64,000 nt of DNA from Escherichia coli (GTDB taxonomy: Bacteria; Pseudomonadota; Gammaproteobacteria; Enterobacterales; Enterobacteriaceae): the NCBI RefSeq assembly GCF_044324785.1, contig NZ_CP172127.1; one strand, written 5' to 3'. The position numbers and the translations under genes are program-made. Positions 47,822 through 64,000 of this stretch are shown piece by piece; within the stretch, counting starts at the first letter, position 1, and each line of letters begins with the position of its first letter. Under the pieces are notes generated by a model. The model was not told the origin of the DNA and did not search any database. It worked only from the letters and a program-made list of their open reading frames with translations.

Positions 47822-48691
47822 TTACTCGATTTTCTTTCCTTCCATCAATCGTTGCACCAGCGGCAGCATAATTAATTCCATTGCCAGACCCATTTTGCCG
47901 CCCGGTACCACTAACGTATTGATGTGGGAAATGAATGAGCCTTGCAACATCGCCAGCAGCCAGGGAAAATCGATCCCTTCCAGATTACGAAAATGGATCA
48001 CCACAAAGCTTTCATCCAGCGACGGGATACCTTTTGCCGCGAACGGGTTTGAAGTGTCGACGGTGGGAACGCGCTGGAAGTTAAGATGGGTGCGGGAAAA
48101 CTGCGGTGTGATGTAGTTGATATAGTCTTCCATTGAACGCACTACCGAGTCCATCACTGCTTCTCGTGAGTGCCCGCGCTCGCTGGTGTCGCGGATCAGT
48201 TTTTGAATCCACTCAAGGTTAACGATAGGCACCACGCCGACCAGTAAGTCCACATGCTGCGCAACGTTATGCTGTGGCGTGACTACGCCGCCGTGTAAAC
48301 CTTCATAAAACAGTACATCAGTGGGTTCCGGTAAAGGTTGCCATGGGGTGAATGTCCCAGGTACCTGATTCCACGGTACGGCTTCGTCGTAGGTATGCAG
48401 ATATTTGCGAGATTTCCCTTTGCCGCTCTGACCATATTCAATGAAGGTTTGTTCCAGCAGGCCAAAGTCGTTCGCTTCGGGGCCGAAGTAGCTGATATGC
48501 CGCCCGGCGTCGCGTGCTTTGCGGATCGCCATGTCCATTTCCGGGCGTGTGTAACGGTGAAAACTGTCGCCTTCCACCTCGGCTGCATGCAGATTTAACT
48601 GCGCGAATATTTTACGAAACGCGAGGCTGGTGGTGGTGGTCCCCGCGCCGCTGGATCCTGTTACCGCAATGACCGGATGTTTGGCAGACAT
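47822..48691 (-). CDS. prkB: phosphoribulokinase-like P-loop kinase
   Basis: ORF track 289 aa; P-loop VIAVTGSSGAGTTTT. Confidence 0.9.
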   Translation of the reverse strand: MSAKHPVIAVTGSSGAGTTTTSLAFRKIFAQLNLHAAEVEGDSFHRYTRPEMDMAIRKARDAGRHISYFGPEANDFGLLEQTFIEYGQSGKGKSRKYLHTYDEAVPWNQVPGTFTPWQPLPEPTDVLFYEGLHGGVVTPQHNVAQHVDLLVGVVPIVNLEWIQKLIRDTSERGHSREAVMDSVVRSMEDYINYITPQFSRTHLNFQRVPTVDTSNPFAAKGIPSLDESFVVIHFRNLEGIDFPWLLAMLQGSFISHINTLVVPGGKMGLAMELIMLPLVQRLMEGKKIE

Positions 48692-48744
48692 AGTAACTCC
48701 ATGACTTAGCTATCATTATTATCTCGTCCGCCGACGGTTGCAGG

Positions 48745-48963
48745 TTATTCGCGAAACTGACTGCGCGGCATGATATTGACCGTTTCGTGCAGCTCCGACC
48801 ATACCAGCACCGCTTCTCCGCACTGTAGCTGGCGTTTGACGTCGGCGACTTTCTGTTCAAGTGTACGCTCATGTTCACCATAATCGGTGCCTTCACGTAA
48901 CACAAAGCTTTCAATTAAATTTTCCAGCGTTTCGGGGGAGAGGTCTTGCCACGGAATCAACAT
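48745..48963 (-). CDS. yheU: small conserved protein (UPF0270-like)
   Basis: ORF track 72 aa; overlaps the yheT stop. Confidence 0.85.
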
Positions 48964-49979
48964 GATTTCGCCTCCAGATACGTTGTTAACCAGTCAGGAA
49001 TGCGTGACTCCAGCCACATTTGCGGATGAAGTAACGTACCGCCAATAAAGCCAACATGACCGCCATGTTCAGTCAGTTGATACTCCACCTGCGGGGGGAG
49101 ACTTTCCGGTTTCGGGATCACCTGATGATCCATAAACGGATCGTCTTTGGCGTGAATAATCAGCGTCGGTTTGGCGATCCGGTTCAGCATCGGCATGGCG
49201 CTACACTGACGATAATAGTCGATAGCGTCAGCGTAGCCGTGAATTCTGGCGGTGATGAGATCGTCAAATTCACGGATGCGACGTACCGATTTTAACTGCG
49301 CGAGATTAATCGGCAGTGTTCCGGGGTAGGCTGCCAGCTTGCGCGCGGCATTGGCTTTTAACAGGTTCAGCAAGTAACGCTGATAAACGCGGGAAAAGCC
49401 CTTTTCCATATGGTAACTACAGGCCTCCAGCATAAATGGCGCGGAGACAATTACCGCTGCATCAATCGGGAGGTTATTACCTTCTTTTGCCAGCAAACAG
49501 GCCAGCATATTACCGCCGAGCGAATAGCCGACGGCAGCCGTTGGCGCATGACCAAATTCGCGTTGCAGCCAGCGTAAAAACCAGCTGGCGTCTTCGGTTT
49601 CGCCCGAATGGTAAATGCGGTGCATACGGTTTGGTTCACCGCTGCATCCGCGAAAATGCATCACCACGCCCAGCCAGCCACGCTTTTGCGCCGCCTCAAC
49701 CAGACCGTGGGCGTAAGGGCTATTGAGACTGCCTTCGAGCCCGTGAAACACGACTAAACGCGGTTTATGCCGCGCCTGTGCAGGATCTTCACTCCACGCG
49801 AGATCGACAAAATCGCCGTCGGGCAACTCCAGTCGCTGCCAGTGCGGGGTGAATTTCACCTTGCGACGAAACAGACGCGGCAGCATGGTTTGTAGATGAC
49901 AATTGCTAAAGCCGCGCATGGGGGTGAATTCAGCACTGCTGCTGAATTCATTGGCATCGGTCGTCGTTATCTGCGCCAT
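48957..49979 (-). CDS. yheT: alpha/beta-fold hydrolase
   Basis: ORF track 340 aa; nucleophile-elbow GYSLGG; start codon overlaps the yheS stop by one nucleotide. Confidence 0.9.
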
Positions 49980-50074
49980 CAGTTGCTTTGGCCTTCCAGC
50001 AGCATCTGCTCAAGCTGCTCCTGGGCTTCCAGCCATGCCATTTCGCACTCTTCCAGGCCGGATTTGGCGCTGGC
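49979..50074 (-). pseudogene. yheS: displaced 3' remnant of yheS (last 30 codons plus stop), separated from the gene body by the IS
   Basis: Reverse-strand translation SAKSGLEECEMAWLEAQEQLEQMLLEGQSN* continues the YheS reading frame interrupted at 51507. Confidence 0.85.
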
Positions 50075-50982
<908 letters not shown>

Positions 50983-51438
50983 TCCAGGAGATGCTCCTGC
51001 ATGGCTTTCAGATATGCATTTTCTGCGCGAAGATAACGCAGCTCATTCTTCATCTCTTCCGGCGTCATGTTTGCCTCGTTTTCATGGGTATCATCAGAAC
51101 GGGTCATGCTTTTCTCCTTCCTGCGCCTGATAAAGGCCTCATTACCAGATTTGCGGTAGCCTTTTATCCAGTTTTTAACCGTGTTGTGGCTGGGAATGTT
51201 AAACCGGGCAGCTACCCGGGGTAGAGACTCAGAATGCCCGAGAGCATAAAGAACCACGCAAAGTTTATCTTCAGGAGAATAGCTACGCTTGTGTCTGCAA
51301 TCCAGTGCCCGAGGACCGTGAAGAAGAAAAAGATTAATCCAGTGTGAGAGGCTGGTGTGAGAAAGTTGAAAGAGTTTTGCCGTAGAAATGATGCCTGCAT
51401 GACCAGCCAGGTAATGATTTACAGCGGCAAGTTTTACT

Positions 51439-53328
51439 TCAAATGAATGTTTCATAAACTGCACCTTCAGATGTCAGATTATGTCCAACATTTGGGGTGC
51501 AGTTCATGGCTTGCTGTTGCAGGCATGCGGTCAGTTCTGCTTTACGGCTTTGATCGTACAGTTCGCTGTCGCCGAGTTTCTCTTCCGCCTGCGCCAGCTG
51601 TGCGTTCAGCTTCTCCATCTCTTTTTCCAGACGGGCAATCTCTTTACGCAGTGGCTGGGTTTGCGCACGCAGCTCCGCTTCCCGACGCTTCTGATCTTTA
51701 CGTGCCTGGGCGCTGTTCGCGTTCTCTTTTGGCGAGTCGTCGGCCTGGTTTTCCTGCTTTTGTACGTCGCTCAACCACTGTTGATAATCTTCCAGATCGC
51801 CGTCGAACGGTTCGACTTTACGATCGTGAACCAGGTAGAGATCGTCAGTGGTGGAACGCAGCAAATGACGGTCGTGCGAGACGACAACCAGCGCGCCTTC
51901 GAACTCGATTAATGCTTCGGTGAGAGCCTGACGCATGTCGAGGTCAAGGTGGTTGGTCGGTTCGTCGAGCAGCAGCAGATTCGGACGCTGCCAGACGATT
52001 AATGCCAGCACCAGGCGGGCTTTTTCCCCACCGGAAAAGCGGCGCGTTTCTTCCGTCACTTTATCGCCCTGGAAACCAAAGCCGCCGAGGTAGTCACGCA
52101 GTTTTTGTTCCAGTTCCTGCGGCGCTAAACGTGCCAGATGTTGAATAGGCGATTCGTCGGCGCGCAGGTATTCCAGTTGATGCTGGGCGAAGTAGCCGAG
52201 CTTGATCCCTTTCGCCAGATCAATTTCACCGCTGACTGGCGCAAGTTCGCCGGCTAACAGTTTGATTAATGTCGATTTACCCGCGCCGTTGCGGCCTAAC
52301 AGACCAATGCGCGAGCCGGGGACCAGATTCAGTTTAATCGAGTCGAGAATAATGCGATCACCATAGCCTGCGCTGACTTTTTCCATCTTTAATAACGGAT
52401 TAGGCAGGCTTTCCGGCGCGCGGAAGCTAAAACGAAACGGGTTGTCAACGTGCGCGGGGGCAATCAGCTCCATACGCTCGAGCATCTTAATGCGGCTCTG
52501 GGCCTGCTTCGCTTTGGTGGCTTTGGCACGGAAACGGTCGATATAACTTTGCAGATGCGCCACGCGTTCCTGCTGGCTTTCGTACATCGCTTGTTGCTGC
52601 GCCAGACGGGTGGCGCGCTGCACTTCAAACGAACTGTAGTTGCCGGTGTACTCGAACATGCTTTGTTGTTCGATATGAATAATTTTATCAACGATCGGAT
52701 CGAGGAAGTCGCGGTCGTGAGAGATCAGGATCAGCGTGCCCTGATAGCTCTTCAGCCATTTTTCCAGCCAGATAACGGCATCGAGATCGAGGTGGTTAGT
52801 CGGTTCGTCGAGCAGCAGCAAGTCTGAACGGCAAATCAGCGCCTGGGCAAGGTTAAGACGCATACGCCAGCCCCCGGAAAAATCACTTACCGGGCGCTCC
52901 AGTTGTTCATTGCTGAAACCGAGGCCGTGCAGCAGGCTGGCGGCGCGGGAGCGAATACTCCATGCGTCGATAGCATCCAGCTTGCCATGAATGGTCGCAA
53001 TGGCGTGCCCGTCGTTACGTTCGTTGGCGTCGTGTAGCTGCGCTTCCAGTTGACGATATTCACGGTCGCCGTCAATGACATATTCCAGCGCCGCTTGCGG
53101 TAACGCCGGCGTTTCCTGATTCACCCACGCCAGTTGCCAGCTTCCCGGAAAGGTGTAGCTGCCGCCGTCGGCGCTGATTTCATTTTTCAGCAATGCCAGC
53201 AGGGTAGATTTACCACAGCCGTTTTTACCCACCAGGCCGACTTTCTGCCCGGGGTTGATGGTGGCGGTGGCATTATCCAGCAGGACGCGCACGCCGCGAC
53301 GAATTTGTAACGAGGAGAAAACAATCAT
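51439..53328 (-). CDS. yheS: ABC-F ATPase YheS with the 3' end interrupted by the IS: 607 native residues fused to 22 IS-encoded residues
   Basis: ORF track 629 aa; two ABC cassettes (Walker A GKNGCGKST and GRNGAGKST, signature LSGG); the reading frame crosses the IS boundary at 51506/51507 and stops inside the IS. Confidence 0.9.
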   Translation of the reverse strand: MIVFSSLQIRRGVRVLLDNATATINPGQKVGLVGKNGCGKSTLLALLKNEISADGGSYTFPGSWQLAWVNQETPALPQAALEYVIDGDREYRQLEAQLHDANERNDGHAIATIHGKLDAIDAWSIRSRAASLLHGLGFSNEQLERPVSDFSGGWRMRLNLAQALICRSDLLLLDEPTNHLDLDAVIWLEKWLKSYQGTLILISHDRDFLDPIVDKIIHIEQQSMFEYTGNYSSFEVQRATRLAQQQAMYESQQERVAHLQSYIDRFRAKATKAKQAQSRIKMLERMELIAPAHVDNPFRFSFRAPESLPNPLLKMEKVSAGYGDRIILDSIKLNLVPGSRIGLLGRNGAGKSTLIKLLAGELAPVSGEIDLAKGIKLGYFAQHQLEYLRADESPIQHLARLAPQELEQKLRDYLGGFGFQGDKVTEETRRFSGGEKARLVLALIVWQRPNLLLLDEPTNHLDLDMRQALTEALIEFEGALVVVSHDRHLLRSTTDDLYLVHDRKVEPFDGDLEDYQQWLSDVQKQENQADDSPKENANSAQARKDQKRREAELRAQTQPLRKEIARLEKEMEKLNAQLAQAEEKLGDSELYDQSRKAELTACLQQQAMNCTPNVGHNLTSEGAVYETFI

Positions 53329-53455
53329 AAGGTGCCGTATGTTCAGACTATGTTAACTTATCATTATGATAATGTAATGTATGGGCGAGCTGCCGCACCG
53401 GGCGCAATGGTAGCCCAAAACAGCGACTATACACAAAAACCATACCGGGAGGGGG

Positions 53456-54010
53456 ATGATGTCTCAGCCAGCGAAAGTTTTGCTGCTGTATGCCCATCCG
53501 GAATCTCAGGACTCGGTGGCAAACCGGGTACTGCTTAAACCGGCCACGCAGCTCAGCAATGTTACCGTGCACGACCTTTACGCGCACTATCCCGACTTTT
53601 TTATTGATATCCCTCGTGAGCAGGCATTACTGCGCGAGCACGAGGTGATTGTCTTTCAGCATCCTCTTTATACCTATAGCTGCCCGGCGCTACTGAAAGA
53701 GTGGCTGGACCGGGTATTAAGCCGTGGTTTTGCCAGCGGACCGGGGGGAAACCAACTGGCGGGAAAGTACTGGCGTAGCGTGATTACCACCGGCGAGCCG
53801 GAAAGTGCTTACCGTTATGACGCCTTGAATCGCTACCCGATGAGCGATGTTCTGCGCCCCTTTGAACTGGCGGCGGGCATGTGCCGGATGCATTGGTTGA
53901 GTCCCATCATTATTTACTGGGCGAGACGGCAAAGCGCACAGGAGCTGGCGAGTCACGCCAGAGCCTACGGTGACTGGCTGGCAAATCCGCTGTCTCCAGG
54001 AGGCCGCTGA
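53456..54010 (+). CDS. kefG: KefB ancillary protein (flavodoxin-like quinone oxidoreductase family)
   Basis: ORF track 184 aa; stop overlaps the kefB start. Confidence 0.9.
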
Positions 54011-55815
54011 TGGAAGGTTCCGATTTTTTACTCGCAGGAGTGCTGTTTCTCTTCGCGGCGGTGGCTGCGGTGCCGTTGGCATCGCGGCTGGGGATTGGCG
54101 CTGTGTTGGGATATTTGCTGGCAGGGATTGCAATTGGCCCGTGGGGGCTGGGGTTTATTAGCGACGTCGATGAGATCCTCCACTTTTCGGAACTCGGCGT
54201 GGTGTTCCTGATGTTTATCATCGGCCTGGAGTTGAATCCTTCCAAACTTTGGCAATTGCGACGCTCGATTTTTGGCGTAGGCGCGGCACAGGTGCTGTTA
54301 AGCGCGGCGTTGCTGGCGGGATTATTGATGCTGACGGATTTCGCCTGGCAGGCGGCGGTGGTCGGTGGCATTGGCCTTGCGATGTCTTCAACTGCAATGG
54401 CGTTGCAATTGATGCGTGAGAAAGGGATGAATCGCAGCGAATCCGGGCAGTTAGGCTTCTCGGTACTGCTGTTTCAGGATCTGGCGGTGATCCCGGCGCT
54501 GGCGTTAGTGCCGTTGTTGGCGGGGGCGGCAGACGAACATTTCGACTGGATGAAGATCGGCATGAAGGTGCTGGCGTTTGTCGGCATGCTGATTGGCGGG
54601 CGCTATTTACTGCGTCCGGTATTCCGTTTTATTGCAGCTTCTGGCGTGCGGGAAGTGTTCACCGCCGCGACGCTACTGCTGGTGTTGGGTTCCGCATTGT
54701 TTATGGATGCGCTGGGGCTGTCGATGGCGCTTGGTACGTTTATTGCGGGCGTGTTGCTGGCAGAAAGCGAATATCGCCACGAACTGGAAACGGCTATCGA
54801 TCCCTTCAAAGGCTTGCTGCTCGGTTTGTTCTTTATCTCTGTCGGCATGTCGCTCAATCTCGGGGTGCTTTATACCCATCTGTTGTGGGTAGTGATAAGC
54901 GTGGTTGTGCTGGTGACGGTGAAAATTCTCGTGCTGTATCTGCTGGCGCGATTATATGGCGTGCGTAGCTCAGAGCGGATGCAGTTTGCTGGCGTGTTGA
55001 GTCAGGGCGGTGAGTTTGCCTTTGTGCTCTTTTCTACCGCTTCTTCACAACGCTTATTCCAGGGCGACCAGATGGCGCTATTGCTGGTGACGGTGACGCT
55101 TTCCATGATGACCACGCCGCTGCTGATGAAGCTGGTAGATAAATGGCTATCCCGCCAGTTTAACGGACCGGAAGAAGAAGTCGAAAAACCGTGGGTCAAC
55201 GATGATAAACCGCAGGTCATTGTCGTGGGCTTTGGGCGTTTTGGTCAGGTGATTGGTCGCTTGCTGATGGCAAATAAAATGCGCATTACTGTGCTGGAGC
55301 GGGATATCAGCGCCGTTAACCTGATGCGCAAATATGGCTACAAAGTTTATTACGGCGACGCCACGCAGGTCGATCTTTTACGTTCTGCGGGAGCAGAGGC
55401 CGCTGAGTCTATCGTCATTACCTGTAACGAGCCGGAAGACACCATGAAGCTGGTGGAAATATGCCAGCAGCACTTTCCGCATTTGCATATTCTTGCGCGA
55501 GCGCGCGGACGTGTGGAGGCGCATGAGTTATTACAGGCAGGGGTGACGCAGTTTTCTCGTGAGACATTCTCCAGTGCGTTAGAGCTGGGGCGCAAGACGC
55601 TGGTCACGCTTGGCATGCATCCACATCAGGCGCAGCGGGCGCAACTGCATTTTCGCCGCCTGGATATGCGGATGTTGCGGGAGCTCATCCCAATGCATGC
55701 CGACACCGTACAAATTTCTCGCGCCAGGGAAGCCCGACGCGAACTGGAAGAGATTTTCCAGCGTGAAATGCAACAAGAACGACGCCAGCTGGACGGCTGG
55801 GATGAATTTGAGTAG
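54010..55815 (+). CDS. kefB: glutathione-regulated potassium-efflux system protein
   Basis: ORF track 601 aa; membrane domain plus C-terminal Rossmann/KTN domain ([11 protein letters not shown]). Confidence 0.95.
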   Translation: MEGSDFLLAGVLFLFAAVAAVPLASRLGIGAVLGYLLAGIAIGPWGLGFISDVDEILHFSELGVVFLMFIIGLELNPSKLWQLRRSIFGVGAAQVLLSAALLAGLLMLTDFAWQAAVVGGIGLAMSSTAMALQLMREKGMNRSESGQLGFSVLLFQDLAVIPALALVPLLAGAADEHFDWMKIGMKVLAFVGMLIGGRYLLRPVFRFIAASGVREVFTAATLLLVLGSALFMDALGLSMALGTFIAGVLLAESEYRHELETAIDPFKGLLLGLFFISVGMSLNLGVLYTHLLWVVISVVVLVTVKILVLYLLARLYGVRSSERMQFAGVLSQGGEFAFVLFSTASSQRLFQGDQMALLLVTVTLSMMTTPLLMKLVDKWLSRQFNGPEEEVEKPWVNDDKPQVIVVGFGRFGQVIGRLLMANKMRITVLERDISAVNLMRKYGYKVYYGDATQVDLLRSAGAEAAESIVITCNEPEDTMKLVEICQQHFPHLHILARARGRVEAHELLQAGVTQFSRETFSSALELGRKTLVTLGMHPHQAQRAQLHFRRLDMRMLRELIPMHADTVQISRAREARRELEEIFQREMQQERRQLDGWDEFE

Positions 55816-55824
55816 AGGGTAAAG

Positions 55825-56025
55825 ATGGCAATCCGAAAACGTTTTATTGCGGGGGCAAAATGCCCGGCCTGTCAGGCGCAGGATTCAATGGCGATGTGGC
55901 GCGAAAATAATATTGATATTGTTGAATGTGTTAAGTGCGGACATCAGATGCGAGAAGCAGACAAAGAAGCCCGCGATCACGTTCGCAAAGATGAGCAAGT
56001 GATCGGGATTTTTCATCCGGACTAG
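55825..56025 (+). CDS. yheV: small zinc-ribbon-like protein
   Basis: ORF track 66 aa; CPAC...CVKCGH cysteine pairs. Confidence 0.85.
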   Translation: MAIRKRFIAGAKCPACQAQDSMAMWRENNIDIVECVKCGHQMREADKEARDHVRKDEQVIGIFHPD

Positions 56026-56119
56026 CGATATGCGCCGAGTTTTTTTAAGCTAGTGAGTACACGGCTGCAGAATTCCGCTACAATCTGCGCCACTATTCTT
56101 CCCATGCTCAGGAGATATC

Positions 56120-56710
56120 ATGAAAGTAGCAAAAGACCTGGTGGTCAGCCTGGCCTATCAGGTACGTACAGAAGACGGTGTGTTGGTTGATGAGTCTCCG
56201 GTGAGTGCGCCGCTGGACTACCTGCATGGTCACGGTTCCCTGATCTCTGGCCTGGAAACGGCGCTGGAAGGTCACGAAGTTGGCGACAAATTTGATGTCG
56301 CTGTTGGCGCGAACGACGCTTACGGTCAGTACGACGAAAACCTGGTGCAACGCGTTCCTAAAGACGTATTTATGGGCGTTGATGAACTGCAGGTAGGTAT
56401 GCGTTTCCTGGCTGAAACTGACCAGGGTCCGGTACCGGTTGAAATCACTGCGGTTGAAGACGATCACGTCGTGGTTGATGGTAACCACATGCTGGCCGGT
56501 CAGAACCTGAAATTCAACGTTGAAGTTGTGGCGATTCGCGAAGCGACTGAAGAAGAGCTGGCTCATGGCCACGTTCACGGTGCGCACGATCATCACCACG
56601 ATCACGACCACGACGGTTGCTGCGGTGGTCATGGCCACGATCACGGTCATGAACACGGTAGCGAAGGCTGCTGCGGCGGTAAAGGTAACGGCGGTTGCGG
56701 TTGCCACTAA
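56120..56710 (+). CDS. slyD: FKBP-type peptidyl-prolyl isomerase SlyD with His/Cys-rich metal-binding tail
   Basis: ORF track 196 aa; C-terminal HGHVHGAHDHHHDHDHDGCCGGHGHDHGHEHG... Confidence 0.96.
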   Translation: MKVAKDLVVSLAYQVRTEDGVLVDESPVSAPLDYLHGHGSLISGLETALEGHEVGDKFDVAVGANDAYGQYDENLVQRVPKDVFMGVDELQVGMRFLAETDQGPVPVEITAVEDDHVVVDGNHMLAGQNLKFNVEVVAIREATEEELAHGHVHGAHDHHHDHDHDGCCGGHGHDHGHEHGSEGCCGGKGNGGCGCH

Positions 56711-56725
56711 TACCGAAAAAGTGAC

Positions 56726-56753
56726 AAAAAAGCGGGGAATCCCCGCTTTTTTT
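56726..56753. terminator. bidirectional terminator between convergent slyD and slyX
   Basis: aaaaaa gcgggg aat ccccgc ttttttt. Confidence 0.88.
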
Positions 56754-56758
56754 ACGCC

Positions 56759-56977
56759 TCAATAATGTGGCGGTGGCGTTTCTTCAGCCTGCGACGCGAT
56801 GTTCGACGGCTGGCTGGCTTTTAGCTTCTCGGTCAGCAGACGCAGATGATCGCGCAGTTTCGCCATCTCCATTTCATGAGCGGTCACCGTGACGTTCAGT
56901 TCTTCAATGGTGATTTCCTGAAAAGCCAGTCGGCTCTCCAGCTCTGCCAGGCGTGCTTCCAATGATAAATCCTGCAT
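56759..56977 (-). CDS. slyX: SlyX (small coiled-coil protein)
   Basis: ORF track 72 aa. Confidence 0.9.
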
Positions 56978-57197
56978 GATTCACCTCTTTTGTCGAATGG
57001 TTGCCGCGGATTCTACTTAACTTTGCCGCCCGAGACAGCACTCATTTCGCGGTCATCGAAACTAATTTAAACAAAAAGAGTCTGAAAATAGATGATAATA
57101 GGGCGTGTCTGTATGTAGATTTGTTCGACAACGCTTTATAGTACCCTTCTGATAATAGTTAACCCTGGGGTGAGATGCCCCGATCCTGGAGATATGG

Positions 57198-58010
57198 ATG
57201 AAATCACTGTTTAAAGTAACGCTGCTGGCGACCACAATGGCCGTTGCCCTGCATGCACCGATCACTTTTGCTGCTGAAGCTGCAAAACCTGCTACAACTG
57301 CTGACAGCAAAGCAGCGTTCAAAAATGACGATCAGAAATCAGCTTATGCACTGGGTGCTTCGCTGGGTCGTTACATGGAAAACTCTCTTAAAGAACAAGA
57401 AAAACTGGGCATCAAACTGGATAAAGATCAGCTGATCGCTGGTGTTCAGGATGCATTTGCTGATAAGAGCAAACTCTCCGACCAAGAGATCGAACAGACA
57501 CTGCAAGCATTCGAAGCTCGCGTGAAGTCTTCTGCTCAGGCGAAGATGGAAAAAGACGCGGCAGATAACGAAGCGAAAGGTAAAGAGTACCGCGAGAAAT
57601 TTGCCAAAGAGAAAGGTGTGAAAACCTCTTCAACTGGTCTGGTTTATCAGGTAGTCGAAGCCGGTAAAGGCGAAGCACCGAAAGACAGCGATACTGTTGT
57701 CGTGAACTACAAAGGTACGCTGATCGACGGTAAAGAGTTCGACAACTCTTACACCCGTGGTGAACCGCTCTCTTTCCGTCTGGACGGTGTTATTCCGGGT
57801 TGGACAGAAGGTCTGAAGAACATCAAGAAAGGCGGTAAGATCAAACTGGTTATTCCACCAGAACTGGCTTACGGCAAAGCGGGTGTTCCGGGGATCCCAC
57901 CGAATTCTACCCTGGTGTTTGACGTAGAGCTGCTGGATGTGAAACCAGCACCGAAGGCTGATGCAAAGCCGGAAGCTGATGCGAAAGCCGCAGATTCTGC
58001 TAAAAAATAA
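57198..58010 (+). CDS. fkpA: periplasmic FKBP-type peptidyl-prolyl isomerase/chaperone
   Basis: ORF track 270 aa; signal peptide, C-terminal FKBP domain. Confidence 0.95.
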   Translation: MKSLFKVTLLATTMAVALHAPITFAAEAAKPATTADSKAAFKNDDQKSAYALGASLGRYMENSLKEQEKLGIKLDKDQLIAGVQDAFADKSKLSDQEIEQTLQAFEARVKSSAQAKMEKDAADNEAKGKEYREKFAKEKGVKTSSTGLVYQVVEAGKGEAPKDSDTVVVNYKGTLIDGKEFDNSYTRGEPLSFRLDGVIPGWTEGLKNIKKGGKIKLVIPPELAYGKAGVPGIPPNSTLVFDVELLDVKPAPKADAKPEADAKAADSAKK

Positions 58011-58020
58011 GCATTAAGAA

Positions 58021-58050
58021 CCGCCGCCTGACCAGGCGGCGGTTTTTTTA
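58021..58050 (+). terminator. fkpA rho-independent terminator
   Basis: ccgccgcctg acc aggcggcgg followed by T7. Confidence 0.9.
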
Positions 58051-58176
58051 TTACAGGCCGGATATAATTAGTGCTGGAAAGCGGAACCTCCGCTGTATTA
58101 ATTTAGTTACCCGCATCATTAATGAGCCTGCCCTGAAAAGTTAACGACAGGCTCCTGAAAAGGAGTGTTTTTTTTC

Positions 58177-59284
<1,108 letters not shown>

Positions 59285-59285
<1 letters not shown>

Positions 59286-59644
59286 TGAAACGAATTGCGT
59301 TTGTTTTTTCTACTGCGCCTCATGGTACAGCTGCTGGTCGGGAAGGTTTAGATGCTTTACTGGCAACTTCCGCATTAACTGACGATCTGGCTGTCTTCTT
59401 TATTGCTGATGGCGTTTTTCAGCTGTTGCCAGGACAAAAGCCCGATGCAGTGCTGGCGCGTGATTACATTGCCACTTTTAAATTGTTGGGTCTGTACGAC
59501 ATTGAACAGTGCTGGGTTTGTGCGGCTTCACTGCGCGAACGCGGGTTAGGTCCGCAGACATCCTTTGTTGTCGAAGCCACGCCGCTCGAAGCAGATGCCT
59601 TACGCCGCGAACTCGCCAACTACGATGTTATTTTGAGGTTTTGA
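59285..59644 (+). CDS. tusC: sulfurtransferase complex subunit TusC
   Basis: ORF track 119 aa. Confidence 0.92.
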
Positions 59645-59651
59645 GGCGTTT

Positions 59652-59939
59652 ATGCTGCATACATTACATCGTTCACCCTGGCTGACGGATTTTGCTGCGC
59701 TGCTGCGTCTGCTCAGTGAAGGCGACGAACTGCTATTATTGCAAGATGGCGTAACTGCCGCAGTTGACGGTAACCGCTACCTTGAAAGTCTGCGTAATGC
59801 CCCCATTAAGGTCTATGCCCTGAACGAAGACCTTATTGCCCGCGGTTTGACTGGTCAAATTTCGAACGATATCATTCTCATTGACTATACTGATTTCGTC
59901 AGACTTACGGTTAAGCACTCCAGCCAGATGGCCTGGTGA
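59652..59939 (+). CDS. tusB: sulfurtransferase complex subunit TusB
   Basis: ORF track 95 aa. Confidence 0.92.
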   Translation: MLHTLHRSPWLTDFAALLRLLSEGDELLLLQDGVTAAVDGNRYLESLRNAPIKVYALNEDLIARGLTGQISNDIILIDYTDFVRLTVKHSSQMAW

Positions 59940-59961
59940 TGGCGGGATCGTTGTATATTTC

Positions 59962-61006
<1,045 letters not shown>

Positions 61007-61090
61007 TCCCTTCGGAGTTTTAGTCACCAGGCGGGCGCTTCCAGTAAGCAGCCCGCTTTGGGCTACTTAAATTGAACGCCTAAAAGATAA

Positions 61091-63217
<2,127 letters not shown>

Positions 63218-63230
63218 GCCTAAGGGTTAA

Positions 63231-64000
<770 letters not shown>

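Noticed and set aside
56108-56765. Antisense and out-of-frame ORFs rich in T/V/A/I overlapping the slyD 3' end, and the His/Asp/Cys-rich SlyD tail itself
   Set aside because: The SlyD metal-binding tail is a known feature; the overlapping ORFs are reading-frame echoes of the repetitive His/Asp codons.

Overview
The window reads as an Escherichia coli chromosomal segment, collinear with (and inverted relative to) the K-12 pckA-to-tufA interval. Gene names are from my recollection of that map plus motifs visible in the translations; no database search was possible. Gene order: pckA (5' part), yhgE, hslO-hslR-yrfG, igaA, nudE, mrcA, hofMNOPQ, aroK-aroB-damX-dam-rpe-gph-trpS, yhfZ-yhfY-yhfX-yhfW-php-yhfU-yhfT-yhfS, frlRDCBA, yhfL, cysG-nirC-nirD-nirB, tsgA, ppiA, yhfG-fic-pabA, argD, yhfK, crp, yhfA, prkB, yheU-yheT, yheS, kefG-kefB, yheV, slyD, slyX, fkpA, yheO-tusD-tusC-tusB, rpsL-rpsG-fusA-tufA (5' part). 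There are no rRNA or tRNA genes and no CRISPR array. The one clear structural departure from the K-12 arrangement is an intact-looking 1432-bp IS3-family insertion sequence (IS150-like proteins, A_AAA_AAG frameshift site, 4-bp target duplication) inserted in the 3' end of the ABC-F gene yheS. The short 156-aa rpsG also points to a non-K-12 background. I did not find convincing evidence of an entirely new system. The best candidates for follow-up are the IS-yheS fusion, the functionally unassigned yhfZ-yhfS cluster beside the frl operon, and the yhfG-fic pair with a non-canonical Fic motif. ORF-track starts were trimmed where an internal conserved start was evident; the track appears to translate GTG/TTG starts as M.
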